64,000 nucleotides of DNA. Origin: Gaiellaceae bacterium (GTDB lineage Bacteria > Actinomycetota > Thermoleophilia > Gaiellales > Gaiellaceae). The translations under genes and the position numbers were made by a program. This document shows, in pieces, positions 37,050-46,039 of the stretch. The notes under the pieces were generated by a model. That model saw only the letters and a list, made by a program, of their open reading frames with translations, was not told the DNA's origin and did no database searches. Positions within the stretch are counted from its first letter, which is position 1, and every line of letters begins with the position of its first letter. Location: contig DASSCF010000069.1 of the NCBI GenBank assembly GCA_035698025.1, forward strand, positions 4,656-68,655. The letters are read 5' to 3'.

Positions 37050-38212
37050 GAGGCCGCGTGGAGTCTCGCCTCGCGGCGGCGCTCGCGCCGCTGCTCGTCG
37101 CGTGCGTTCTCGCCCTGGCCCTCCAGGTGTGGTGGCCGGTCCAGCTCGCCGGGTTGATGATCGCCGTCGGCCTCGTGCTCGACCCCGTCTGGTACCGGCT
37201 CGTCCCGTACCAGCCGGGCTGGGCGGCCGTGCCGCTCGGCCTGGTCGAGCTCGGCGCGGTCATGGGCCTCGCGCGGCTCCTCGAGGTGAAGGCGCCGCTC
37301 GCCGGCGCGCTCGGGTTCTTCGCCGGAGCCTGGCTTCTCGCGCAGGCCTTCGGCCATGCGGTCTTCCCGCTGGCGCGGCTTTCCTACGGGGAGGACGGCG
37401 GCGAGCTCGGTCGCATCGGGCCCGGTGCGGTGGCGACCGCGCTCGTCGTCCTGGCGGCGGCCGGAGGCATCGCCTGGGCGACGTCGCCGCCGGTCGTGCA
37501 CCTTTCAGCCGGCGTCCACCAGGGACCGCTCGTCCTCGACCACTCGCAGCAGCTCGTCGGCGAGCCGGGCGCGGTCGTTCGCGGCGGGATCGTCGTCACG
37601 GCCGACGACGTCTCGATCCGCAACGTGACCGTCATCGGCGGCGACCACGGCATCCAGGTCGATCACGCCCAGGATGTCGTCATCGAGCGGGTGAGCATTC
37701 TCGGCGCGCATCTCGACGGGATCAACGTCCGGATGAGCGAGGTCAAGATCCGCGACTGCACGGTCTCGATGCTCGGCAACGAGTTCGGCCAGGGAATCGA
37801 CATCTCGTTCACGGCGCATCTCGATCCGAGCCTCGTCGAGAACTGCCTCGTGACCGGCGGCCAGGAAGGCATCTTCCTCGACTCGGTCCACGCGATGGCG
37901 ATCGACAACCACGTTCGCCAGACGACGCTGCGCGGAATCACCGTGACTGAAATGGCCATGGCCAAGGTGGAGGGGAACACGGTCGAGGACGGCATCGGGA
38001 TCGGCATCCTCTGCAGCGACTACTCGATGTGCGATATCCGTGAGAACTCGATCTCGGGCATTCGGCGCGATCACGAGTCGTCGGACAGCATGCGCGAGGG
38101 GTTTGGGATCGTGTCCCATTACTACGCGCACACCGAGGTGAAGGACAACGACGTTTCCCGTACGCGGCACGAGATGGGCGCCTTCGCGGACGCGTACATT
38201 ACCTCGCACTAG
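37034..38212 (+). CDS. membrane-anchored right-handed parallel beta-helix repeat protein (NosD/pectin-lyase fold-like)
   Basis: About five N-terminal TM helices are followed by ~22-aa repeats (DVSIRNVTVIGG, HGIQVDHAQDVVIERVSILGA, DGINVRMSEVKIRDCTV, ...). The start is GTG 37034 or GTG 37058. Confidence 0.7.
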   Translation: MAYTLRGRVESRLAAALAPLLVACVLALALQVWWPVQLAGLMIAVGLVLDPVWYRLVPYQPGWAAVPLGLVELGAVMGLARLLEVKAPLAGALGFFAGAWLLAQAFGHAVFPLARLSYGEDGGELGRIGPGAVATALVVLAAAGGIAWATSPPVVHLSAGVHQGPLVLDHSQQLVGEPGAVVRGGIVVTADDVSIRNVTVIGGDHGIQVDHAQDVVIERVSILGAHLDGINVRMSEVKIRDCTVSMLGNEFGQGIDISFTAHLDPSLVENCLVTGGQEGIFLDSVHAMAIDNHVRQTTLRGITVTEMAMAKVEGNTVEDGIGIGILCSDYSMCDIRENSISGIRRDHESSDSMREGFGIVSHYYAHTEVKDNDVSRTRHEMGAFADAYITSH

Positions 38213-38271
38213 TTCCGGCCGATTTCTGTATCGTCTTTCCTCCCCAGCACCCGGAATTCGGAGGAAAAGAG

Positions 38272-38466
38272 ATGGCGCGGAAAACAATCCTCGTTTGTGA
38301 CAATTGTAATGCGGAAGTCGGTGAGGGAAAGGGCGCTGCGATGCGCATCACGTACACCGACGCACGGCGCGGCGCGAAGGCGGCCGACCTCTGCGACGAC
38401 TGCGCCGGCACGATGCCCGGCCGGGCGGCAGCGCGTCGGGGCCGCAGGCCGAAGTCCGCGGTCTAG
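38272..38466 (+). CDS. small zinc-ribbon protein with basic AT-hook-like C-terminal tail
   Basis: GGAGGAAAAGAG lies just upstream of the ATG. Cys pairs CDNC...CDDC. The tail is RRGRRPKSAV. Confidence 0.6.
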   Translation: MARKTILVCDNCNAEVGEGKGAAMRITYTDARRGAKAADLCDDCAGTMPGRAAARRGRRPKSAV

Positions 38467-38481
38467 ACCGGACTTTTTCGG

Positions 38482-38515
38482 GCCACTCCGGGGGAACGGG
38501 GGCCTCCGGAGTGGC
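38482..38515 (+). other. strong stem-loop in the addB 5' region (GCCACTCCGG ... CCGGAGTGGC)
   Basis: Perfect 10-bp inverted repeat, extendable to about 13 bp, with an 8-14 nt loop. It lies between the zinc-ribbon gene stop (38466) and the addB start (38528). No downstream T-tract. Confidence 0.4.
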
Positions 38516-38527
38516 GGGTAAGATGGG

Positions 38528-41458
38528 TTGGTGCCGCTCTCGCTGCTGGTTGGCCCGGCGAATGCGGGGAAGGTCGCGCGGCTCCTCGATCGATACCTCG
38601 AGAACCTCGACCGCGAGCCGTTCCTCGTCGTCCCGAACCGGGCGGAGGTCGACCGCGTCGAGCGGGACCTGCTCGGGCGCTCGGGAGCGCTGCTGGGTGG
38701 GACGATCGGCACGTTCGACGATCTGTTCGACCTCCTCGCCCGCGGTGAGGGCCGCCGCCCACCGGTCGTCACCGAGGCGCAGCGGACGCTCGTCCTTCGC
38801 CGCGCCCTCGCCGGCGCGAGCCTGAACGGCCTCGGGCCTTCGTCCCGGTTCGCCGGCTTCGGGGATTCGCTGCTCTCGGCGATCTCCGAGCTGGAGTCGG
38901 GACTGGTCGACCCCGACGAGGCGCAAGGAGACCTGGCGCCGCTCTACGGTGCCTACCGCGAGGAGCTGGAGACGCTCGACCTGACCGACCGCGACCTCGA
39001 TCGCCGGCACGCGGTCGAGCGCGTCGAGGGAGAGCTCGCCGCCTGGGAGGGACGGCCCGTGCTCGCGTACGGCTTCGAGGACCTGACCGGCGCGCAGTGG
39101 GCGCTCGTGCAGGCGCTCGCCGGCCGCACCGACGTCTTCGTCTCGCTCCCGTACGAGCCGGGGCGCCCGGCGTTCGCCTCGCTCGGCCGCACCGCCTCCG
39201 ACCTGGCGGGCCTCGCGGACGGGCGCGTGGAGGAGCTTCCGCCCGCCTACGCGGAGATCGCCCATCCGGCGCTCGCCCATCTCGAGCGGACGCTCTTCAG
39301 CGAGGGAGACCAGCCGCAGCCTCCACCGCTCGAGGGCGCCGTACGCTTTCTGGAGGCCGCGGGATCGCGCGGGACGCTCGAGCTCGTCGCCGACGAGATC
39401 CTGCGGCTCCTGCGGGACGGCACGGCGCCCGAGGAGATCGGGCTCGTCTGCCCGTCCCTCGACCGCCTGCGCGCACCGCTCGAGACGGCGCTCTCGACGG
39501 CCGGCATCCCGTACGCCTTCGAAGGCCGTGTCCGTCTCGGCCAGATCCCGTTCGGCCACGCGCTTCTCTCCGCGCTCCGCTTCCTCTGGCAGGGCGGCGG
39601 GCGGCGCGACCTCTTCGGCTTCCTTCGCTCGCCCTACTCGGGGCTTCCGCGCGCCCATGCCGACTATCTCGAGGGGCGGCTCCGGGGCAACGGCATCCGC
39701 ACCGACGTCGAGGAGAAGACCGTGCGCTTTCGCGGCCAGGCGCTGCCGCAACTCGACGACGTCCGTGCCGCCCCGTCGCCGATCGAGGCGGTCCGGGTGC
39801 TGGCGGCGGGGATGCTGCGCGGCGCGTACGGCCTCGAGTCGCCGTCGGCGAGCGAGGCGGCGCGGGGCGACCTGCGCGCCTACGAGCAGATCCTGCGGCT
39901 CCTGCGGGAGCTGGAAGGCTGGAGCGACCTCGCAGGCTCGATCTCGCGGGAGGACGTGCTCGCGGCGCTCGAGCGCGTCCCGGTCCGGCTCGCGGGCGCA
40001 GCCGAGGCGGGTCGCGTGGCGGTCATCGACCTCCTCCGCGCCCGCACGCGCCGCTTCGAGGCCCTCTTCGTGCTGGGCCTAGAGGAGGGCAGCCTGCCCC
40101 GCCGCACGAACCCCTCGCCCTTCCTCGACGACGACACGCGCCGCGACCTGGACGACCGCACCCGCTCTCGGCTCGTCCGGCCCGACGCCGTGGCGCGCGA
40201 GCGCTTCCTCTTCTACGCAGCCTGCACGCGCCCGTCGCGGCGGCTGACCCTCGTCCGCGAGGCGGCCACCGACGACGGCTCGCCGCGCCAGGCGAGCCCG
40301 TTCTGGCACGAGGTGCGAGGGCTCTTCGACCCGTCCGAAGTGGCGCGCTGGACGCGGCGGCGCGCTCTCTCGGCGCTCACCTGGCCGCTCGAGGACGCGC
40401 CCACGGAGCGCGAGCGCCTCCGCGCGCTCGCCGCCCTGGCCGCCGAGGATGCATCCGGTGCAGAAGCACTTGCGCTCGCCAACGGCTGGGAGCGGCGCTT
40501 CGAGCGGGCGCGGACCGCCTTCGACCGGCCGACGGAGCTCACGAACCCGGCCGTCCTCGCGCAGCTGGGCGGTCGCACGACCTTCAACGTGACCGAGCTG
40601 GAGGCCTTCGCGACCTGCTCGTCGATCTGGTTCGTCGAGCGGGTCGTCTCGCCTCGGTCGATCGACGCCGAGGTCGACGCGAAGCTCCGCGGCTCGATCG
40701 CGCACACGACCCTGCACCGCTTCTACGCGGGGCTGCCGAAGGAGCTCGGGATCGAGCGGGTCGACCCCACGAGGATCGAGGACGCCGTGCGCTTCCTGCG
40801 CCGGTGCTTCGACGAGGCGCTCGAGGGAGTGCGCCAGGAGCTCTCCGACCTGGAGCGCCGCGAGCTCGAAGGACAGCTCTGGCGCGACCTCGAGCTCTTC
40901 GTCCGCGACGAGGCCGAGACGGATGCGCCGCTCGTGCCCCGCCGCTTCGAGGTCGGCTTCGGGACGGAGCGCTCGTCGCCCGAGCTCCAGCGCGGCCTCG
41001 ACCTCGGGGGCTTCGCCCTCTCGGGGAAGATCGACCGCATCGACGTCGACCCCTTCAGCGCCCGCGGGATCGTGTGGGACTACAAGTCGGGGAAGACGGC
41101 CTTCTCGGCGGCGAAGATCGACTCGGAGCTGAAGCTCCAGATCCCGCTCTACATGCTCGTCCTGCGCGACCTGGTCGGGATCGAGCCGCTCGGCGGCCTC
41201 TACCGGGCGCTGGCGGGCGACCGCGACGCCCGCGGGCTCCTGCGGGCCTCCGCCAAGGAGGACGGGATCCCGGGCTACCAGCGCAACGACTACCGCGACG
41301 AGGACGAGTTCTGGGCCCAGATCGAGCGGGCGACCGAGCATGCGCGCGGGTTCGTCGGGCGCATTCGTGGCGGCGACGTCCGCCATGACCCGCTCGGCGA
41401 CGCCGGGTGCCCGACGTGGTGCGATCTCGCCCCGATGTGCCGGGTGAGGCGGCAATGA
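38528..41458 (+). CDS. addB: helicase-nuclease complex subunit B (AddB/AdnA type) with Fe-S-cluster RecB-family nuclease domain
   Basis: Degenerate Walker A GPANAGK. C-terminal nuclease motif GKIDRIDV...VWDYKSGK. Cys ligands in FATCSS...GCPTWCDLAPMC. Confidence 0.8.
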   Translation: MVPLSLLVGPANAGKVARLLDRYLENLDREPFLVVPNRAEVDRVERDLLGRSGALLGGTIGTFDDLFDLLARGEGRRPPVVTEAQRTLVLRRALAGASLNGLGPSSRFAGFGDSLLSAISELESGLVDPDEAQGDLAPLYGAYREELETLDLTDRDLDRRHAVERVEGELAAWEGRPVLAYGFEDLTGAQWALVQALAGRTDVFVSLPYEPGRPAFASLGRTASDLAGLADGRVEELPPAYAEIAHPALAHLERTLFSEGDQPQPPPLEGAVRFLEAAGSRGTLELVADEILRLLRDGTAPEEIGLVCPSLDRLRAPLETALSTAGIPYAFEGRVRLGQIPFGHALLSALRFLWQGGGRRDLFGFLRSPYSGLPRAHADYLEGRLRGNGIRTDVEEKTVRFRGQALPQLDDVRAAPSPIEAVRVLAAGMLRGAYGLESPSASEAARGDLRAYEQILRLLRELEGWSDLAGSISREDVLAALERVPVRLAGAAEAGRVAVIDLLRARTRRFEALFVLGLEEGSLPRRTNPSPFLDDDTRRDLDDRTRSRLVRPDAVARERFLFYAACTRPSRRLTLVREAATDDGSPRQASPFWHEVRGLFDPSEVARWTRRRALSALTWPLEDAPTERERLRALAALAAEDASGAEALALANGWERRFERARTAFDRPTELTNPAVLAQLGGRTTFNVTELEAFATCSSIWFVERVVSPRSIDAEVDAKLRGSIAHTTLHRFYAGLPKELGIERVDPTRIEDAVRFLRRCFDEALEGVRQELSDLERRELEGQLWRDLELFVRDEAETDAPLVPRRFEVGFGTERSSPELQRGLDLGGFALSGKIDRIDVDPFSARGIVWDYKSGKTAFSAAKIDSELKLQIPLYMLVLRDLVGIEPLGGLYRALAGDRDARGLLRASAKEDGIPGYQRNDYRDEDEFWAQIERATEHARGFVGRIRGGDVRHDPLGDAGCPTWCDLAPMCRVRRQ

Positions 41459-44400
41459 GCACGGCGGTCGGCGCACCCAACCCCGAGCAAACCGCCGCCA
41501 TCGAGGCGCCGGGGCTCGTCTTCGTCTCGGCGGGCGCCGGGACTGGGAAGACGACCGTGCTGGTCGAGCGCTTCGCCAAGGCGGTGTGCGAGCGCGGGCT
41601 CGACGTCGACTCGCTCCTCGTCATCACGTACACGGAGCGCGCCGCGGGCGAGCTGCGCGACCGCATCAGGGCGCGGCTCGTCGAAGCGGAGCGCGGCGAC
41701 CTCGCGCGCGACCTGGACGCGGCGTGGATCTCGACCATCCACGGCTTCTGCCTGCGGCTCCTCAAGGCGCATCCGTTCGCGGCCGGGATCGACCCGCGCT
41801 TCCGCGTACTCGACGACGCGCAGGCGCGCGTGCTCCAGCGCGAGGCGTTCGAGTCGGCGCTGACGGAGTTCTGCGCCGACGGGGACACGGAGCGCCTCGG
41901 CCTCCTCTCCACCTACGGGACGCGAGGGCTGCGGCGCATGCTCACCGGCGTGCACGAGACGCTGCGCGCCGCGGGACGGCCGCTCGTCCTCGAGCTCGGC
42001 GAGCGACCGGGGCTGGCGGAAAGGATCGCCGAGCTGAACGAGGCGGCCCGGTGCCTCGTCGACGATGCCGACGCGGGGGAGAGCGCCCGGGCGAGCGCGG
42101 CGCGCGCCCTCGAGCTCCTCGCGGAACGGACGCTGCCCGAGCGGCTTCTCGACCTGGGCGAGCTGAAGGCCCGCGGCGAGCACGCGGTCAGTTACGAGGA
42201 GGCGCGGCACGGCGTCGAGCAGGCGGCGCTCGACGAGCTCGCCGCCCGCGACCGGGACATGCTCCAGGAGCTGCTGGAGCGCTTCGGCGAGGCCTACCGC
42301 GCGGGGAAGGACCGCGAGTCCGCGCTCGACTTCGAGGACCTGCAGCTCGCCGCGCGCGACCTGCTGCGCGACAACGCCGCCGTCCGCGAGCGCGAGAGCT
42401 GGCGCTTCCGCTCGATCATGGTCGACGAGTTCCAGGACACGAACCGGCTCCAGTGCGAGATCGTCGACCTGCTCGCCGAGGGCCCCGACGGGAAGGAGCT
42501 CTTCTTCGTCGGCGACGAGTTCCAGTCCATCTACCGGTTCCGGCACGCGGACGTCGAGGTCTTCCGCGAGCGGCGCGAGCGCTCCGGCGGCGTGCTCGCG
42601 CTCACCCAGAACTACCGCTCGCGCCCCGAGGTGCTTGCGGCCGTCAACCACCTCTTCTCGAGCGAGTTCGGCGAAGAGTTCCAGCCGCTCGAGGCCGCAG
42701 GACGGTTTCCTGACCCGGTCTTCGGGGCGCCGGTCGAGCTGCTCGTCACGGACAAGTCCACCTACTCGGGGACGCCGATCCACTGGCGCCGCGCCGAGGC
42801 CCGGCACATCGCCGCGCGCGTGAAGCAGCTCGTCGACTCGGGCGAGGCGGCGGCCGGCGAGATCGTCCTCCTCTTCGCCGCCGGGACCGACGCCGAGCAC
42901 TACGAGGAGGAGCTGCGCTCGGCGGGCCTGCGCACCTACCGCGCGACCGGCCGCGGCTACTTCGGCCAGCAGCAGGTCGTCGACCTGCTTGCCTACCTCC
43001 GCCTTCTGCACAACCGCTACGACGACGAGGCGCTCGTCACCGTCCTCGCCTCGCCCTTCGTCGGCCTCTCGAACGACGCGCTCGTGCTCCTGCGCTCCGC
43101 CGCGACGAGGCGGCCGCTCTTCCAGCCCTTCGAGCGCGGGCTGCCCGCCGATCTCTCCGAGCGCGACCGCCATCTCTGCCGGGCGTTCCTCCAGCGCTTC
43201 GAGCGGCTCGGGCAGGCGGCTCACGGGCTCTCGCTCGAGCAGCTCTGTGAGCGGATCGTCGCCGACCACGACTACGACCTCGCCGTGCTGGCCCGCTGGG
43301 ACGGACGGCGCCGCTACGCGAACATGCGCAAGCTCGCGCGGCTCGCACGCTCCTACGAGGAGCTGCGCGGCCGCGACATCGAGGGCTTCGTCCGCTTCGT
43401 GCGTGAGCAGGAGGCCGTCGGAGCTCGCGAGCTCGAGGCGGTGGCCGAGGAAGAGGACGGCGACGCCGTGCGGCTCCTGACCATCCACGCCGCCAAGGGC
43501 CTCGAGTTCAAGGTGGTGATCGTCGCCGACGCGGGGCGCGACCGCACGGCCCCCTCGCCGGACGAGATCCTTTGCCTGCCCGACGGGCGCTTCGGCTTCC
43601 GCGTCGCCGACCCGGCGACCGGCTCGCGGCGCCCGGCCTTCGAGTACGAGCGCGTGCGCGAGGCCGAGCGCGAGGCCGAGCGCGCCGAGCGTCTGCGCCT
43701 CTACTACGTCGCCATGACCCGCGCGATCGACCGGTTGATCGTCTCGGGAGCGATCGACCCCGGGCGCACGGCCGACCAGGGCACGCCGATCGGCTGGGTG
43801 CTCTCACGCCTGGAGGCGCAGGAGCTCGACGCCGCCGGCGACGGGCCGGTCGAGATCGTCCGCGACGGAGCCCGCTTGCTGGTGCGCGTCGACCGCTACT
43901 CGGCCGAGCAGGCCGCGTCCGCACCCGCACCGGCCGTACCGCCCGCCGCGGAGGAAGGTCAGCTGGAGCTCTTCGCAGGCGAGGGCCTTGCGCCGCTGCC
44001 GCCGCTCGCGCCGAAGCTGCCCGAGCTCCCGCCGGTGCCGGCCCCACCGCTCCACCGCGTCCGCCGGCTTTCCTACAGCGCGCTGGCGCTCTTCGAGCGG
44101 TGTTCGTACCGCTATTTCGCGGAGCGCATCGCGGGCATGCGGCCGGCGGACGCGCACGGCACGGTTCCGGGCCAGACCGGGCTGGCTGCGACCGAGGTCG
44201 GCGACGCGGTCCACCGCCTCCTCGAGACCGTCGACATGACCGCGCCGGCCGTTCCCGACCTCGAGCCCGTCCGGAGCTGGTATCCCGCCGTGTCCGAGGA
44301 GGAGCTCGGCCGGATCGGCGGCTTCGTCGCTGCCTACTGCGGCTCCGAGCTGGCGAGTCGCATCGCCTTGCTCGAGGGGGCCACGGTCGAGCGGCCCTTT

Positions 44401-44844
44401 GCCTTCGAGCACGACGGCGTGCTCCTCCACGGCCGGCTCGACGTGTTCTGGAGCGACGGCTCGCGTGCGCTCGTCCTCGACTACAAGACGAACTCGCTCG
44501 CCGAGGGCACGCCCGAGGAGATCGTGGAGAGCGACTACCGGCTCCAGCGCCTCGTGTACGCGCTCGCGTGCCTGCGGACCGGGGCCGAGGAGGTCGAGGT
44601 CGTCTATCACTTCCTCGAGCGGCCCGACGCGGTTGTCTCGACCCGGTTCGCGGCCGGGGACACGGAGGCGCTCGAGGCCGAGCTCTCCGCTGCGATCGAA
44701 CGCATCAACGAGGGGCAGTTCCGTCCGACGCCGAGCGACTTCACCTGCTCCGGCTGCCCCGCGCTCGACCGCGTCTGTGCGGGCCCGCGCCTGCTGGCCG
44801 CGGAGTCGATGATGGACGAGTACGCCGAGGCGTACTACGGCTAG
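41455..44844 (+). CDS. addA: UvrD/Rep-type helicase-nuclease subunit A (AddA/AdnB type)
   Basis: Motifs PNPEQTAAI, SAGAGTGKTT, MVDEFQDTN, QNYRS and TIHAAKGLEF. The C-terminal nuclease shows GRLDVFW...VLDYKTN and four Cys. ATGA overlap with the addB stop. Confidence 0.88.
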   Translation: MSTAVGAPNPEQTAAIEAPGLVFVSAGAGTGKTTVLVERFAKAVCERGLDVDSLLVITYTERAAGELRDRIRARLVEAERGDLARDLDAAWISTIHGFCLRLLKAHPFAAGIDPRFRVLDDAQARVLQREAFESALTEFCADGDTERLGLLSTYGTRGLRRMLTGVHETLRAAGRPLVLELGERPGLAERIAELNEAARCLVDDADAGESARASAARALELLAERTLPERLLDLGELKARGEHAVSYEEARHGVEQAALDELAARDRDMLQELLERFGEAYRAGKDRESALDFEDLQLAARDLLRDNAAVRERESWRFRSIMVDEFQDTNRLQCEIVDLLAEGPDGKELFFVGDEFQSIYRFRHADVEVFRERRERSGGVLALTQNYRSRPEVLAAVNHLFSSEFGEEFQPLEAAGRFPDPVFGAPVELLVTDKSTYSGTPIHWRRAEARHIAARVKQLVDSGEAAAGEIVLLFAAGTDAEHYEEELRSAGLRTYRATGRGYFGQQQVVDLLAYLRLLHNRYDDEALVTVLASPFVGLSNDALVLLRSAATRRPLFQPFERGLPADLSERDRHLCRAFLQRFERLGQAAHGLSLEQLCERIVADHDYDLAVLARWDGRRRYANMRKLARLARSYEELRGRDIEGFVRFVREQEAVGARELEAVAEEEDGDAVRLLTIHAAKGLEFKVVIVADAGRDRTAPSPDEILCLPDGRFGFRVADPATGSRRPAFEYERVREAEREAERAERLRLYYVAMTRAIDRLIVSGAIDPGRTADQGTPIGWVLSRLEAQELDAAGDGPVEIVRDGARLLVRVDRYSAEQAASAPAPAVPPAAEEGQLELFAGEGLAPLPPLAPKLPELPPVPAPPLHRVRRLSYSALALFERCSYRYFAERIAGMRPADAHGTVPGQTGLAATEVGDAVHRLLETVDMTAPAVPDLEPVRSWYPAVSEEELGRIGGFVAAYCGSELASRIALLEGATVERPFAFEHDGVLLHGRLDVFWSDGSRALVLDYKTNSLAEGTPEEIVESDYRLQRLVYALACLRTGAEEVEVVYHFLERPDAVVSTRFAAGDTEALEAELSAAIERINEGQFRPTPSDFTCSGCPALDRVCAGPRLLAAESMMDEYAEAYYG

Positions 44845-44912
44845 CGTGGCCCTCCAGCGGGTCTCTGCGAGGTCGCTCCTGAGCTACGTAAGGAACTTGC
44901 TCCCAGCGTCGG

Positions 44913-45590
44913 ATGATCTCGGCCCCGCGTAACTACGTCCTGGAGGCGCGCCGGCGCGTCGGCCCGAAGCGCGAGCGCATCGGGGAGATCATCGAGCGGC
45001 TCGCGCAGGCGCATCCCGACGCGACCATCGCGCTGCGCTTCCGCGACCCGGTGGAGCTGGTCATCTCGGTGATGCTCTCCGCCCAGACGACCGACGTCAC
45101 GGTGAACCGCGTCACGGAGAAGCTCTTCCGCAAGTACCGGAAGCCCGAGGATTACCTCGCGGTCCCGCTCGAGGAGCTGGAGGCCGACATCCGGCCGACC
45201 GGGACGTACCGGCAGAAGGCGAAGAACCTCCGGAATGCCATGCACATGCTGCTGGAGGAGTTCGGGGGCGAGGTGCCCGGGCGGCTGGAGGATCTCGTGC
45301 GCCTTCCTGGCGTGGGGCGCAAGACGGCCAATGTCGTCGCCGCCGAGCGCGGCGCGACCCAGGGCATCGTCGTAGACACCCACGTGCGGCGCCTCTCCCA
45401 GCGGCTCGGTCTTACGAAGCAGCAGGACCCGGTGAAGATCGAGCGCGACCTGATGCGGATCGTCCCGCGCGCGGACTGGCCGCGCTTCCCGCATCTGCTC
45501 ATCTGGCACGGCCGCCGCGTCTGCGACGCGCGCCGCCCGCGTTGCGAGGAGTGTGTCCTCGCGGGCCTCTGCCCGTCGAGCCGCGTCTAG
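44913..45590 (+). CDS. nth: endonuclease III
   Basis: HhH-GPD motif LVRLPGVGRKTANVV and the 4Fe-4S motif CDARRPRCEECVLAGLC. Confidence 0.93.
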   Translation: MISAPRNYVLEARRRVGPKRERIGEIIERLAQAHPDATIALRFRDPVELVISVMLSAQTTDVTVNRVTEKLFRKYRKPEDYLAVPLEELEADIRPTGTYRQKAKNLRNAMHMLLEEFGGEVPGRLEDLVRLPGVGRKTANVVAAERGATQGIVVDTHVRRLSQRLGLTKQQDPVKIERDLMRIVPRADWPRFPHLLIWHGRRVCDARRPRCEECVLAGLCPSSRV

Positions 45591-46030
45591 CGGGGTGCGA
45601 CGGCGACCAGGAGGCCGCCGTCCTCGTCGTACGCCGGGAAGAAGTCGGCGCGCACGACCTTCTTCACGCCCGAGCGCGTCTTGAGGGTGAGCTTCTGGTC
45701 GAAGCGGCGGACGCCGTACTCGAGCGTGAGGGCGGCGGGAGTCGGGCCGTTGCCCTCGGGCTCGAAGAGCGCCGCCATGACGTCGTGCCCGAGCAGGTCG
45801 GCCTCGCGGTAGCCCGTGAGCTCGAAGATGCCCTGCCCCGTGGCGATGATGCGGCCCTCGTTGTTGCAGACCACGAACCCGGTCCCCGGGGCCGGGTAGT
45901 AGTCGTCGAGGATCTGGAACAGAAAGCCGAAGCCGCAGCTCGTGCAGGCGACGGGACGGCCGGTCAGGCCCTCGATGCCGTCGTCGTCGACCGACCGTCG
46001 CCGGCAGTTCGGGCAGATGAAGTACGGCAT
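45587..46030 (-). CDS. zinc-ribbon + PAS domain protein
   Basis: Cys pairs CPNC...CTSC, then a PAS-like core GFVVCNNEGRIIATGQGIFELTGYREADLLGHDV. GC3 is very high. It starts 9 nt after the trxB stop. Confidence 0.7.
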   Translation of the reverse strand: MPYFICPNCRRRSVDDDGIEGLTGRPVACTSCGFGFLFQILDDYYPAPGTGFVVCNNEGRIIATGQGIFELTGYREADLLGHDVMAALFEPEGNGPTPAALTLEYGVRRFDQKLTLKTRSGVKKVVRADFFPAYDEDGGLLVAVAPR

Positions 46031-46039
46031 GGAGACAAG

